From NCBI GenBank assembly GCA_013115125.1, contig JABANN010000143.1, forward strand, positions 1-62,663: a stretch of 62,663 nucleotides of DNA, read 5' to 3'. Under the pieces are notes generated by a model. The model was not told the DNA's origin and ran no database searches. It saw only the letters and a program-made list of their open reading frames with translations. Every line of letters starts with the position of its first letter. The stretch's first letter is position 1. Shown piece after piece: positions 1-13,600 of this stretch. This DNA is from Perkinsus olseni. Its lineage: Eukaryota. The translations under genes were made by a program, and so were the position numbers.

Positions 1-1484
1 CATATGAAAGCTTCGTATTAAGCAAGATATCTCAATTTTGGTCATTTGCATATCAAAATGGCACACACAGTATGATAGTGTATGCAGACACTCGTGGGTT
101 ATGCAAATATATATCCGAGTACGTCTCACCGTGCATCATACATGCTAAAAGAAGCCAGAAGCTATGAGGGAGTCTCTCCAGTCTCTTCCGGAAAAAAGTG
201 GATGCTCGAATCTCTATATGCCGGAAAAGCGCCAAAATGATCGATGAAAATGCTCACTTCGAGGCTAACACTACGCGCAGCATCATATCCCCTTCTGTTT
301 CCGATACCCTACACTGATCCTTGATAGTGGTGACTGGTGGCACCAGCCCGCTGCGAACACTGGATCATGGCGCACTCGTAGCTGTGCATATATCTCCAAT
401 CAAAGACGGATGATGCGTGCTACTACTACACCATTTCCACACCAAGTTGATTTGATGATACCCTACACGAAACCTGCGTAGTGTAGAGTGATGCAAACAT
501 TGGTCCGTGGCGCGTTCGTGTCCTGATACGCTTCGTAGTCTGTCTTCGCCTATCCGTCACAGTGGACAGCGGCGGCGGATGGCTGTCCAAATCTGGGCCA
601 TTGGACAGTCTAATGGCCCAGATTTGATCGGCAGAGCGGGACAAGTCGAGCTGAGTCAACTCGTCAACTCAGTTGACGAGATTTGAGCGGGAAGCTGCGA
701 TCGGGCCTAGGTTTCCATTCGGTTTAGAAGCACGTCAGACGGATGATGCGTGCGAGCACTTGTACCCTCACTTCTTAAATATGAAAGACATGCCAGTGGG
801 AGCCCACTACACCCAGTAGATTCGAGTTTCCAACCTGCAATCTGTATGATATCGAGGGCTAACTTCGTGTATGCTGACGATTGTCAGTGTTGCCATCCTT
901 GTCGATCACTCGGTCGGGCTGTGCTTAACCGGTCTCGCTTAGAATCAAAGAGCTCTGGGTTTCTACTAATTTCGTTATCCTTCTGGCATTCGAGGATAGA
1001 TGAGTGCGCCTTGCGATAGTTTACTGTTGGTGGCTCATCAACGGTAAGCGTGCTGGCTCCATTGAATTGAGTCGATCCCCCACCCGAAAGACTGGCAGAT
1101 CATCTGTCACAGATTATGAGTGTGTCGATGTCGTCGACACTGTCGTCTAGGAGTAGCTAGCAAAGTGGGACCTACACCGGCGGTGTAACACCGCTCACTG
1201 TTGCTGAAAACCCAGGCCTTCTGCATTACTTGCGCAGCACAAGTCATCATCATAATCAAGATGTAGCTTATGATTAAGAAATAAGTTTCCAGGGAAAAGT
1301 TACTTCTGTTGCACGGTGCTACTTGTAGCGGTAGAGAGTCAGCGCCGCTGACAGTCAGCGGTACGCTGGTACGAGGCTCGCAGAACCTTTTTTCGGGTTA
1401 TGAGGGTGGGTCGTGTCACGCAGCAGGATTTGGACTTGGAATTCTAATGAGGGATCATTGTAGGGAATCTCATATTCCTCCGCT

Positions 1485-3180
1485 ATGCAATCATACTCGT
1501 CGTATTCAACGCCAAGGTCTTCGAGTATAACGCCACCATACTCAGCAGCAGCTCCCCCTAGTCACAGAAGCAGTACCGCTAGTTGGGCCACACCCAGGAC
1601 TTTCGATTCCGCTAGGGTAGTTGGGATCCAGGGCTCCACTCTTGCACTTGCCATGTGCTTAGATATCCATATCATCGCCGTCTCAAGATTACGCGTTTGC
1701 CGCTGCGTGCGATGCCGTGGCATCAGCGATGTTACATGAACAACACAGTTTTGGTAGCGGAGGAAGCAAAGATATGTGCTTATTGCCGATCCCAAAAGGG
1801 AACTCCCGCCCTGGAAAGAAAACAATCACTACAAAAGAGGTTTTTTCGGCAGCGAGAAACGGTGAGTGGCTACCGGTTACGATGCTTCTGGTGAAGGAAA
1901 CGAGCACCGGTCGGGAGCCCGGTACGGTACCTCAACAATTTCTTATCTGAGCGGTAGCCGGTTAAAACCACTATCGTGTAGTATTGGCGTGATGGCCGGC
2001 GGCGCCCTCTGCGCTAATAGACGTGGCGATTGTACCATGTACAACCCGATGTATAGAGAAAACTCCGGTGTTTGAGCGACAATGAGTCGGCGATGAAGTT
2101 ACTGTTTCATTACAACTTCCTTTATACGTCGTGCTGCACACGGTATTCTTTCCACGTTTCTCAGCATGAAAGGCGCCGGTTGTGAAATTATTTATTATTT
2201 CGTATATTGGCGCGCTCAGCTTTCGTTGTTTCTTAGGCAGACACGCTCTGGTCGAGGAGTATCTGTCGTCCGGTTGTTTCGACGCCAACACGCCCGATGA
2301 AGTACATCGCAATACATTGTTAATAGTGGCTTGTCAGAACGGATCCAAGAAAATAGCGAAACTCGCCCTCAAGTATGGCGCATCGATTGACGCGAAGAAC
2401 GTAAGTACCATCATCGAACGCCTGAGGAAAGCTACACGACGAACTGTCTGATTCCACTGCCTATCAACGCTACAAAGAGTCCCCAACTAAGCACATCGGC
2501 TGCCGATGTGTGTAGTGTGCGACGCACGCTGTGGGTTAGTGGGTAGACTCTCAGTGGGTAAACCCTCCTAAAGTCGTAATCGGCGTTGGACTATAAACTC
2601 ACACACACCAGCATCGTGTGTTTACGAGTTCACAGTCTATGGCGAAACCGGCTCAGTGCTACTTCTGTGAAGTGGCCGGCTGATTGAGAACACACGGGTT
2701 TTGGCATCCGGAACCAGATTTTTTTATCTGTGGCCACTTAGCTCAGCTTCAGCGCAGCTATCTTTCAGAGCAAGATAGGTTCCGCGATACGCTCACATCA
2801 CACTTTCACCGCCGAGCGGCGCGCAATACAACGATATCGGATGCTCTTCACCTGGCAACACAGATTCTTGCCAAGAGGCTTCATGGTGTAACAGCGATTT
2901 TCGCGCTTCTCGCTAGGTCACATGCATTTACTGCTCATCTCCTTAGTAATCGTTGTGAACACTAGCTTCCTTGAGAGTAACTCTAACGTGAAGGACTTGC
3001 CTCGAAAGCAGGGAAGGGTTAGTTATCACTACGCTTAAGGTACACGGCAACACTGGTCTACACTACCTCTACAACTACGGTTACTATGACGTTGCTGAGT
3101 ACTTGATAAAGAAGGGGGCTGATGTTGGTATAGTGAACAACGAAGGCAAAACGTGTGCTCAGATGAAGAAGACTGCATGA
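1485..3180 (+). CDS. Small ankyrin-repeat protein, 5 exons (1485-1616, 1663-1694, 1749-1861, 2237-2400, 3040-3180)
   Basis: GT-AG introns join in frame to give KEVFSAARNG-RHALVEEYL...HRNTLLIVACQNGSKKIAKLALKYGASIDAKN-VHGNTGLHYLYNYGYYDVAEYLIKKGADVGIVNNEGKT, which are ankyrin consensus repeats. Confidence 0.85.
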
Positions 3181-4239
3181 GTACCATTGATGGCTATCTT
3201 AGTAAATTATCATGACCTTGAGTTGTTGTTTCCATAGTAGCCCGGCTAAACTATGATGGTTCCTCGTCCCGTGTGTGTGAGTTTAGAGTCCAACCCTTAC
3301 GGTTCCGGCTTAGTCAGACTCGAAGCCGATGCGCTCAGTTGGAGACTTTCTGTAGCATTGACGTGCAGTGCAATCAGACACATTGTCAAGAAGCTTTACT
3401 CAGGAGTACATTTAACCAGAGAAGCTTCCTTTCCACCCGGCAGGATCCACATCTGGTAGAGGTCTCTCGGGTTCAATGGTCATCCTGATAACATCACTCT
3501 AATGAGAAGTGTTCTGTGTGTGTGAGTTCAAAGTCGGGTGAAGCAAGGAAGCGCGTGCGACAGGGTGGCAAAAGCAACAGGAAAAAGCCTGAACTGCGGG
3601 TGAAGGCAGGAACGGGAAGCCCTAAACCCCTCCCGAAACCCGACAGGGCAACCCGATCCCGGAACTGTTACCCAGGGCAACCAGAAACCCGAACTTTTGA
3701 CGTGGGCAGAATCCCCGAAAGTGCTTCCTTGTTTCTGTACCTTTCCCTTGGACTTTGGGAATTACCCGTTCAAAGTCCAATACCGACAGTACGGCATAGT
3801 TAGACTAGCATCACCGATGCACCTTTTTGAGGGGGATTAGTTCGGCCTGTTGAATAAGCCCTGTTCATGAAGCCGAGGAATGCTGCTTATAAAGGTAAGT
3901 TCTCATCATTAGTTGGGGCACGCCCTTTCCTCCCAGCAGACGCCGCTTCCACAGATATTATTGTGTCATCAGGGACCCATAAGTCGGCATCGGACTTGGG
4001 TTGCGATTGGTGTGGTATTGGTGGGGTTACGCAGATGAGCAGGACATTCCGTGTGATGGTAGTTCAGCCTGTAAACATAAGAGAGGATTTGTTGTCATCG
4101 CGTCACTCTTAATGTGGGAGATCCCGAAATCGGATTTCCACCCGAGTTCGATCCCGGCACGCGACGTTTTTCCGTAATCATTACACTTGGTAACACAGCT
4201 CATCCCCGTAGATAATCTTTGACTTTGCTTTTCTTAAAA

Positions 4240-5880
4240 ATGGAAATCGCCGAAGACAATTCATCACCGGACCTCGATCGTAACGGCTCCTGCTGGGCTA
4301 CTGCAAAAGTAATACTACGACCAATAATAATCTCCGATAATGGTATCTTTAGGTTGACCCTGCCGCACACGAAAGAAAAGATATTCGCATCATTTTTGGA
4401 TATGGCTCCATTATGTGGAGACCCGCCCTCGACTACGTAAGCTGTTCCTGAGTACATCGAAGCTCTTTGTCCACTTTCACGTAGAGCCCAGGGACGGTAA
4501 ATAAGTCCGAAACCTTTGCCCGGTTCGCAATGGACCCTGAATCACTTAGTGACCGAAGTCTCCCATGCAGGGTTTGGACGAGAAAACTATCTGCGACTTA
4601 GGTTTCGTTTCGATCCTTACCGGATCTAACTCGCTTTAAGGACGATTATGGACCGCTCAGGAGAGACACCCGGTCAAAATTCATTTCAGGAAGGAGTTCA
4701 TCCTCGTTAATTCACATTGTCAATTTTTGTTCGATCGTGCTAGATTGAGTGGTGCTGGAGAAAGTGGAAGGTGTTTCTCGTGAACTCGGTCGTATAACTG
4801 GCGATCGATGTCTATGCTTTTTCTCCTATTTTACGGTTCCCTCATCTCAGACCTCGTCATTTCCGGCCAGAGTTAAGGGATACGTCCGGAGATTCTGGCA
4901 GTCCAGCGTGGACCACCGAGGAACCGTCGACTATCCTGGCAGGTCTGTATATTTACTTAGTCGTCTTAGTTGTAGTTTTACTCTATCTTCTGCAGTTTTC
5001 TGATGAATTTTACTGAAAAAATTGATTTTTTTCCTTTTTTCCGTATTTTGTTGTCCTTGTGTGTCTTCATTTTACATCTTTTTTTCCAGAGTTGCCACAC
5101 TTTTACGCTGCAAGGATCTGCCGCATACCAGTTCGCGAGATCGTGCTGAGGGGGAGCGGGAAGGCGTGTGGGGGATGGCCTATGTTCTCAAGGATGATGG
5201 TTTTGATGATACGATGAGAGTAATAGGGGCTCTTTGAGGGAAGGGAAAGTGGCTGTTGTACTAGATAAAGGGATTGGGGGGTCTCTACTAAGGTGAAGAA
5301 TTAATTGGTGGAGTTTAGGTAGGGCGTGAGTCGTCGATGAAATTACAATTATTAATGAGGTCCACTGTTATTACAGCGTTGAGTAGTTGTAGTATTATCG
5401 AGAGGCCTCATAAATTTTGTTTGGGCTGTAGACGAGTATCATTTTCACGATATAAAGTAACTTATCTGGGGCTGCGTGTGATCATCACCTCTCATCAGAT
5501 GCTGGACATCCGTGAAAAAAACGGATACACGAGGACTGTTGCGACCCTCTACGATGCCGACGACAAGGCCATTGGTAGTAGCAGCGACTACCACACTTTT
5601 CCTAAATCATGATCTCAGGGGAGGCTTTCCTGTATTACGGCTCGATCGACATTTCTGAGAACCCTATGTATACGGGACCGGAAGATGTGAAGACGATTGC
5701 TAAGCGCGTTAATCGGGCGGTTGGACCGAGTGGAGCTAATGCGGATTATGTAATAAGTGAGGGGAGGGAGGGGGGCTGAGGTGGTTGTGGCAGGTGTGTC
5801 GTTTGTGGCGGTGCTTGCAAACGTTGGGAGTACGGGACGATCATGTACAGTCGATATACGACGCGATAAAGACCGCGTGA
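4240..5880 (+). CDS. CHAC: ChaC-family glutathione-specific gamma-glutamylcyclotransferase, 7 exons (4240-4308, 4353-4436, 4851-4942, 5090-5219, 5499-5574, 5619-5749, 5794-5880)
   Basis: Spliced translation gives [53 protein letters not shown] and AVGPSGANADY, all ChaC hallmarks. Confidence 0.92.
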
Positions 5881-6355
5881 TCCAGGTTCGATCCTAGCAC
5901 CCTCTGTTTTTACAGCATTTCTGTCCAGAATTATTTCTCATAGTAGTTTCTGCTCGCTTGGAGGTTGTTTGGTTGCGGCTTGATCTGGTTTTTCTCGATT
6001 TCTATTTTTGGCGATCGTGAGCGCCCTACTTTTCGCTTTGCCTGGGTGTTGGCGATATTTTTCCGTAAAATCGCGTGTCCTTATTTCTAACCCGATGTAT
6101 TTTTCTGAGGATCTAATCCGAGCATTCCACCGTCGATTTTTTAGGGTTTCTTCTCACCCCTTCCTCACCATCTGATAGTGGGCACTTGTTTCTTCCTTTG
6201 TGTGCCTTGGTGCTTATCAGAGCCGAGAATTCGATTCCGGAAACTCTTTTGGGTTTCTCGGATCATTAGTTTTGTAAACTGTCGTACCATAATTTCCTCT
6301 ACATATCTATGATGAATTGATAGGGCTTTGTTCTGTCCCTTTAGTATTTTTGTTC

Positions 6356-9110
6356 ATGTCATCATCATCTTATGATCTGGGCATAGGGATCGATCCGCCA
6401 TCGGCCGCGGGAGGGTATCTTGCGGACGATGAGAGTATCTTAGATGACGACCTCAGCTTCCTGCAGATAGGTAATAATAAAGATTCCTGTGAAACGGGCG
6501 TATCTTTCTTTTCAGCTGTGACCAGGATGGACTCAACATTATGTGAGGAGATGACGAGTGCCTGTCGACGGGCAGCTGTAGTGTTGTTCATCATTCTGCT
6601 GCTTTCATGGGCGTGGTAGTAGTGGGAAGCGGGGGGAATGTGGTATGTCCCTGGTGGAATTATTCGCATAGTTCTCGCTGTTCAAGGCAAATACTGCTGT
6701 TTTTGATCTATCAGTGGCTTTACGCGGGCCTGCGAGTTTACGCGCTCAGGGGTGGTTACAACAAGTGTTTTTCGGGCAAAATTTGGTATGCCCTGCTGGA
6801 TTATTTCACGCAGGGCTTTGAGCTGTTCACGACAACGACACTTGCAATCTTGCCATAGAAGACGAGTTGCGCAGAGTTGCCAGACTTACTTTGAGACTAG
6901 TATTTTGCCGGCAGCGTTGACGGCTAGCGGTCGAGCCAACGAGCGCGGGGCCAGGGCTCGTTCAATCAGTTGCAGATCGATGGATGGTCGTCCGGCGTCC
7001 TGTGGATTTACGTCCTGAGCGATGTCAACGCTGCTGGTGTCGCTTAATGTTAGTTTGCATCCTTTGGTGGTTTGTTTTTTCATGTCGAAGATTTATTATT
7101 TTAGCATACACAGGTACTCGAAATCGATCAGGGAATATTACGGGAAGTACGTGACGCCAAATTATGAGCCTTCGCCGCCGGCGCCGGCGGAGCGAGGGGA
7201 GGACGAAGACGATTCCGATACGACCATCACCCCACGAGGGTGATAGAAGAGTATCTTTTACCAGTGTTGGTGCTTGGGTTGAGTAGGTCGACCTAGGGGG
7301 AATCTTTTAGTTTATTTTTCACATGGTTGATTATGGTTGCCGAGACTAAGGCAGCCACTACACAGGAGCCTTTGCGCTCGGTGGTGCCAACGATGACGTT
7401 GCCGTCGATAAGTTTATTATCATCATCCCTACCTAAGGATTGTAATAAAGGGGATTACCGGGTCGGGGTGGTAGAATCTGAGGTTGAAGCTGGCGCATCG
7501 CAGAGAGCATGATTCTTTTCGTAGGTCGTTCTGTACAGTAGTGCATTTTTTATGGAAAGCTATCACTCGTTAGGGTCGAACCCGGATCGTCGTCATGTTA
7601 AGGTAACGCGATCCTCACGAGAGTGTTGGTGGACACGGTCGATCGGGGTTTGTTGAAACCGTCTGCGGAGACCTGGCGGGACCGGCGGGGGATGCGACCG
7701 CTGATGGCGGCAAAAATCTCTGTAATATCGGGGAGCCGATTTTCCTGGATTTTCCCCGTTCTTGGGTTCTTTGTGAACGCCTTGCTAGCTTTTTGCAGAG
7801 GTATTTTTCTGCGGATTTTTACGGGTTCTGAATTTAAAATTAGAAAGGTTCCGTGGAGAGGGGGACCTAGACCGCTGAGCTCTTGTCTGTCGTCTCGATC
7901 GTTCAACACGCGCGCACACCTCGTCACATCTCGCAAGTGGTTATGAAATTGATTTGACGTATTGTGGTATGTGTCTTCAATTTACTGAATTTATTTTTAC
8001 TGGTTATCGTGTCAGGTAGTTCCGGATTCGGAGGTTGCCATACCTCACAATTGGAGCGTCCCGGTGTCCTTGGAGGATGATTTTGAGAAGGTAATTTTAT
8101 TTCCGGGTGAATTCTGTTGCAGATATTATCGTAGATACTGATCGGTGGAGGAGGGGGAGAATCTGTAGTAAGGGTTGGTTGAAATCTTCGCAGTGTGGAG
8201 ATATCTTAGGTTGATCACGGTGATTGGCAGATTATATGATTTTTCTTTGGGAAAACCGCTGAAATTATTGGTGAGGGATTTATGCTGCAATTGTAGCAGT
8301 AACCGATAATTCAGATTTTTCTCGGATCCGCGATGGGAAAAATACGGTGGAAAAACGTCCAGCGTCTGGCAGGCGAAAAAATCCGATGTGTTTTTTACCC
8401 ACGTTGTTAAGGCGCGAACGGCACTCCAGGCATTGCTGTTGAACTCCCTTGGATTGATGGAAGGTCGCTTTTAGGCGGTTGAAAGTCAGCCGAGCTCGTC
8501 GAGGTCCATTAAGGAGAATAATGATGGTGGTAAACTGAAGCCTTCGGGGGCGAGGTAGGAGGGGAGCATGGGTCGACCTAAAGATTCATGGCAAGGGTCG
8601 ACCTAAGGATTCCTGGCAAGGGTCGACCTAAAGATTCATGGCAAGCATTAACTTAGGATATTCGATGATGATGTTGAAGTTAATAATTCCGATAAGGGCA
8701 CTGATACCGCCGCGGATGGCGATGGTGTCGTTTTTAGGAGGTCGGGAGCGAGGTACACCTGGAGGAGGGGGAGTATCTTTGAGATTGCGCACAGCAAAGA
8801 TTTTGTTGTGTCAGGATTTTTGATGGCCGCGAGAGTGAAGGTGTTGTTGATGTTGACGCTGAGGGATGGAGCGGCTCTGAGCATTTGAAGAAGTCGATTG
8901 AGAGGTAGTAGTGATGGGGGAAGGAAGAGTTGGTGGAGGAGTGGTATTATCGGAAGGGGTTTATATTTCTATGAGTAGATAGAAATCCCGTCTTTCCGAC
9001 CTCTTTGATGGTTTGTGGGGGAATGTCTGAATTTGCAGGGAACACTGCCAGAGGCCTAAGGTCTTGGGTGGCGAAATATTTTGTTCTTGGAAGAATGCTG
9101 TGATGATAAT
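6356..9110 (+). CDS. Multi-exon hypothetical protein; may be the 5' part of the FAM13-like gene downstream; boundaries approximate
   Basis: Series of short open exons bounded by AG/GT, e.g. VVPDSEVAIPHNWSVPVSLEDDFEK, AVESQPSS...SGAR and IFDDDVEVNN...SGAR. No domain recognised. Confidence 0.4.
8570..8644. repeat. Intronic tandem repeat, 3 x 25 bp (GGGTCGACCTAAAGATTCATGGCAA)
   Basis: Three near-identical units read directly; the reverse complement contains the dispersed ATCTT(T)AGGTCGACC motif. Confidence 0.95.
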
Positions 9111-9433
9111 GATGCCAAAGGACGTCGAATTTGACCAGCGGATGGGGGTCGTCTATCGATTAGCCTTCGTCGTGTTTCTTCCAGGAGTGTCCGTAGCATC
9201 CCATCTGCTGAACATTATTATGCATACCTTGCGACTACAATTCTGTTCGTTAATCGAACCTTCAATTGGACGTAATTAATAAATTACGATCAGCAGATTT
9301 TGGTATTTGTCGTTTATCTTTGTTATAGTCTGCGTAATGGTTGGTACCTGATTTGCCCGTCAGACTCTCGCTCCCACCTGAGGGGGTGTCTAGTGGATGG
9401 TCAGCTCAAATTACCCGACTGACAGGGTCGCAG

Positions 9434-10336
9434 TTGATGCATGAGAAACGGAGGGTGAAGCAGGAGTTGAAGGTAGGCTGTGATTTGGGCGTTTTATGGT
9501 ATTAATTCTTGTCGTCAGTCGCACGATGTTGCATTTACAGCGGTTCATGGACGACCACCGGGAAGGGCGGACAAGGAGCCAATGCGGCCACTGTGAGTGA
9601 AGGGGAGATATTTTTATGCTACTTTCACAGCTACAACCGATATTGGCTGAGTTACGATTGGTATGGTAGGTACACGTATTACCGTGGCCTGAAGCAAGCA
9701 ATTGAGGAGTCCGAGGCGACCGCTGTAACGAATGGTGATCGATCTCGGGTGGCGACGAATCAGGGAAGGAGTGGTACGGGGCATCAGCCGGAGGAGGAGC
9801 CCTCGACCACAACAGTGTCGTCCAATAGGATGATGATGAGGCTGCAGTCTCTGTAGTATATAGGGAGGAGTTGGCGTATCCGAGGTCGATCATGGGCTCG
9901 CGCGGGAAAAAAGATTCTTCCATAGTGTTGGATGAAGCACGACATTGACGGTACCGAAAGATTCTTACTCAACTTTTTACTCTGAGGGCGAGTTTGGTGG
10001 TGGTGGTGGCGATGAAATTTGACGAGTACTTTCGCTGTTTTCGGTCGATTGGAACGATTCAGGATCGACGAGAAGTCGCGGATACGGGAGGGGTTGCAGC
10101 AGTATCAGGCGCGGTTCTTCGTTGAGAATCAGCGGAAGATAAAGTACCATAAGGACATCGTCCCGATAGAGCGGGAGTATCGGGAGTAAGGCTGCACATC
10201 GAGAGGTCGGGGGTTCGATCCCCGGTGAGTGCGTTTTTGTAGGTATAAACAGGTGAAGGAGGAGATAGCGCAGTTGGAGCGCAAGTTGGGGATTGGCAAC
10301 TCGACCAGGGATCATCATCACCATCATGAGGACTGA
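9434..10336 (+). CDS. 3' exons of a protein with FAM13A-like C-terminal helical repeats (5' end not resolved)
   Basis: Spliced: LMHEKRRVKQELK-SHDVAFTAVHGRPPGRADKEPMRPL-YTYYRGLKQAIEE, and a second repeat EKSRIREGLQQYQARFFVENQRKIKYHKDIVPIEREYRE-YKQVKEEI; stop at 10334-10336. Confidence 0.6.
10186..10242 (+). other. 57-nt intron consisting of a tRNA-3'-half-like/B-box unit
   Basis: GTAAGGCTGCACATCGAGAGGTCGGGGGTTCGATCCCCGGTGAGTGCGTTTTTGTAG; its removal restores EYRE-YKQ. Confidence 0.8.
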
Positions 10337-10654
10337 TGGACCCCATCCTCAGAAGGAGGGCAGCATTCGCAGTCGAGTGCCTCCCGTTTATAATTTCGTA
10401 TATATAAAAGTCATTTTTCTGGATTGTGTTGAGGGGGAGGAGAGGTATCCGTTTCTTCGCTCATCCAGCTTAGATTGCTCGGGAGCGTCCGGAATGGAAG
10501 ATGGACGATGACAATTGTAGTAGTGGCGTGGCAGCGTCTCCCTCTGTGCTGAGGAGGCGGGCGAGGATACAGTATGCTGTATAAAGGCAGCTTCGGTTTG
10601 CTTGTTGTGGTTGGGGAAGTTTTTTGATTATCAGAGTTGAGCCACGTTCCCGTA

Positions 10655-13600
10655 ATGGCAGCTCAAGTGATGAGGACGCCTGCTGCAGCACCGCCGTCTA
10701 TGGTGACGAGTGGGAAGCTAGAAGTGTCAGAAAGGACCTCAGGACCATCAGTCGATCTGTCGGCGTGTGTTGACGTTGAGATGGAGGAAGAGTTGCGGAG
10801 GAGCCCGGGGTCGATGCGCCTTTGGTGGTACTACATACAGGCCACGACTAAGCGGATGGAGATGAGGCAGAACGCGGATCTGAAGGTGGGAGAGTTGGGG
10901 AAGGTGTGGTATGGGAGCTGTGTATTGGTCAGGATGCGTTTATGGAGTTCCTTTGTCAACTTCATGAGAGAGCACTGAGGGAACTGCCGAGGTGTTACAA
11001 GATCTGGCACAACTATCTCAAACTGAGAGTAAGGGGAAATTTGGTATGCAATTATCCGTATCTTTCTACTCGACGCTTACCCCTTCCGGTCCTGCTAGTA
11101 TTAGATGGCGGTTTCTCATATCGCTTTTTTAGTACCACTCCTTCTGCAACTCCCGAGCCGTTCGAAAGTTCCATCATCATCTCCCTCTGTAGGAGTCCTG
11201 GGTGGCGGACTTGTGCGTGACGGACCCAGCCTGTGACGTGGTGGAGGCCTGCTACGCCCGAGCTGTCTGCATGCTGGGCAAGATGCCTCGGATATGGGAG
11301 GAGTATATTGAGCATCTCACAAGGAGGTTGAAGATCACTGCGACCCGACACGTGAGAGCGTCTACGGGTGTGCCTTGCCGTTATTGGCTTTGGTCAGGTC
11401 ATCTACGAGGCCTTGAGGAGCCTTCCGATCACACAGCACTATCGTGTTTGGGCGTTGGTAAGTTACGTTTGGTGTGGTATTGGTTATGGTGGGGTGTCAG
11501 GCTATGAAGTTGATCAGAGAGCTCAACGTGCCGGTTAGAACGGGTGGTGAGCTGTTCAGGAGTTACCTCATGTTGGAGCCAGCGCATGCGGAGACGTACG
11601 TGGCGTATCTCGAGGAAGAGGAGCAGTGGGATGAGGCTGCGAGGTTGCTGGTGAGTAAATAGCCTAGTGGTGGAGCGCGCGGTTGCTTATAGAGAGGTCG
11701 TCGGATCGAATCCACGTGACCGTATTTTAGATGAAATTGGTTAACGACCCCGACTTCGTGTCCATGGAAGGGAAGTCCAACCATCAGCTTTGGCTTGAAC
11801 TCTGCGATATGGTCACTACACACGGTAAGCTACCAACTACCACACCTCTCCCGACTCTTGGGCTTCTAGTAATGAATATATTTCCGAGCACACAGTAGCA
11901 TTTAGTAAAGACGGTCCATCTATTTCTGGGCTCTCCACGGGCTAGCATATGTGTGGACGATTATGTGATTATTATGCGCATGATGGAGATGTTGGCCCAC
12001 TCTCATCAGTATTACTCCCTCAGGCCCTTTCATTAAGTCCGTGGACGTGGACGCAGTGGTGCGATCGGCGATAGGGAAGTTCTCGGACCAAACGGGTCGT
12101 CTGTGGAACAGTCTGGCCGACTACTACGTGCAGCTAGGCAACTTCGGCAAAGTAGGGCGATCGGATTTTTAATGGTCATGCATCGCTTCGCTCCGCCTAA
12201 TTTTCAGGCGCGTGACGTTTATGAAGAGGCCCTAGAGAGTATATCGACAGTGCGTGATTTCTCGTTGGTCTTTGAGGCTTACCAGAAGTTCCTCGAGAAT
12301 CTTGTAACCGTTTACAGCGAGATGGAGGAGGAGAACGAGGAAGGAAAGGACACGGCGGGCTCCACGGCTGACCTTCTAGTGGAGGTAAACCCGCACAGGT
12401 TCGATCCCCGCACCCGGCATTTTTCCTTCCAGGTTCTTGCCAAGCTCATAGATCGTCGATTGGACCTTCAGTCTCAAGTGAAGCTCCGGCAGAACCCCAA
12501 CAAGGTCTCCGAATGGATCTCTCGCGCTAAGCTCTTCAAGGACGACCCTCTCGCTGTTATAAGTAAAAAGATTTCTAGAAAATGCCACCTGTGGGGATCG
12601 AACCCGGGTGGAGATTAACATCATTTCCATTGTCAGTGCAATCAATGGTTCCGATTCGTCATACGTCGATAAGATCACAAGAAAATTCCAGCTAATTTTT
12701 GCTGTTTTTTTCAGAGACTTTTGCCGAGGGTGTGAAGACTGTTGACCCGTACCAAGCAGATGGGAAGCTGAGCAGACTGTGGATTGAATTTGCCAAGTAA
12801 GAATCTGGAAGGGTCGAACTGAGGCCGGTGCTGGTCTAGGGTCGTATTATGATGAGGAGAGGTTTTGATGTATCTGAGGTGTCGCACAATCGATCACCGG
12901 GGCGAGCGTGTTTTTCACGGCTTCTCGTACTGTGCATTGATGAGCTGGTATTTTCCTCTTTTTCTATCAGTTATTACATTAATACTGGTAAGGACATCGC
13001 CAATGCCCGAGCGGTGTACGAGAAGGCTGTCAAAGTCGAGTTCCGCAACGCCGAGGAGTTGGCGTCGGTGTGGTGCGCCTGGATCGAGATGGAGATCCAA
13101 CAGAAGAACAACAAACAGGTGGGGAGGAATGATGAGGAGAGGCGATGATGGTTGTCTTTTAGGCACTGGAAATTTCGCGGCGCGCGGTCGGGCAGTACAA
13201 GGGAGCGGAGGCTGGTACGGTGCAAGCCCAGTTGTCGAGGAGCGTCCGACTGTGGCATTTGGCGGCGGATTGCGAGAGATTTATTGCGAAAAATTTGGTA
13301 TGAACGACAGCTCAAAGATGAATTATCTTATTCATTCTGCGCAGGACACGACCAGAGCGGTGTACGATAAGATGATCGACTTGAAGGTGGCCACCCCACA
13401 GACCTGTAGGCCGGGAAACCGCCATCCCGATCGCCATCAGCACCCTCCCTTCGGCAGGCATCGATTATGCACAGTTCGAGGAAGACAACAAGTACTTTGA
13501 GAAGTCCTTCCAGGTCTACGAGAGGGCCGTTAGCTTATTCAGATGGCCGCACGCGAAGGATATCTGGGTACGCCAGACCTGCTCATGGACGATGTGATTT

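Noticed and set aside
3619-3695. CCCTAAACCC / GAAACCC-like words suggesting telomeric repeats
   Set aside because: Scattered and not tandem
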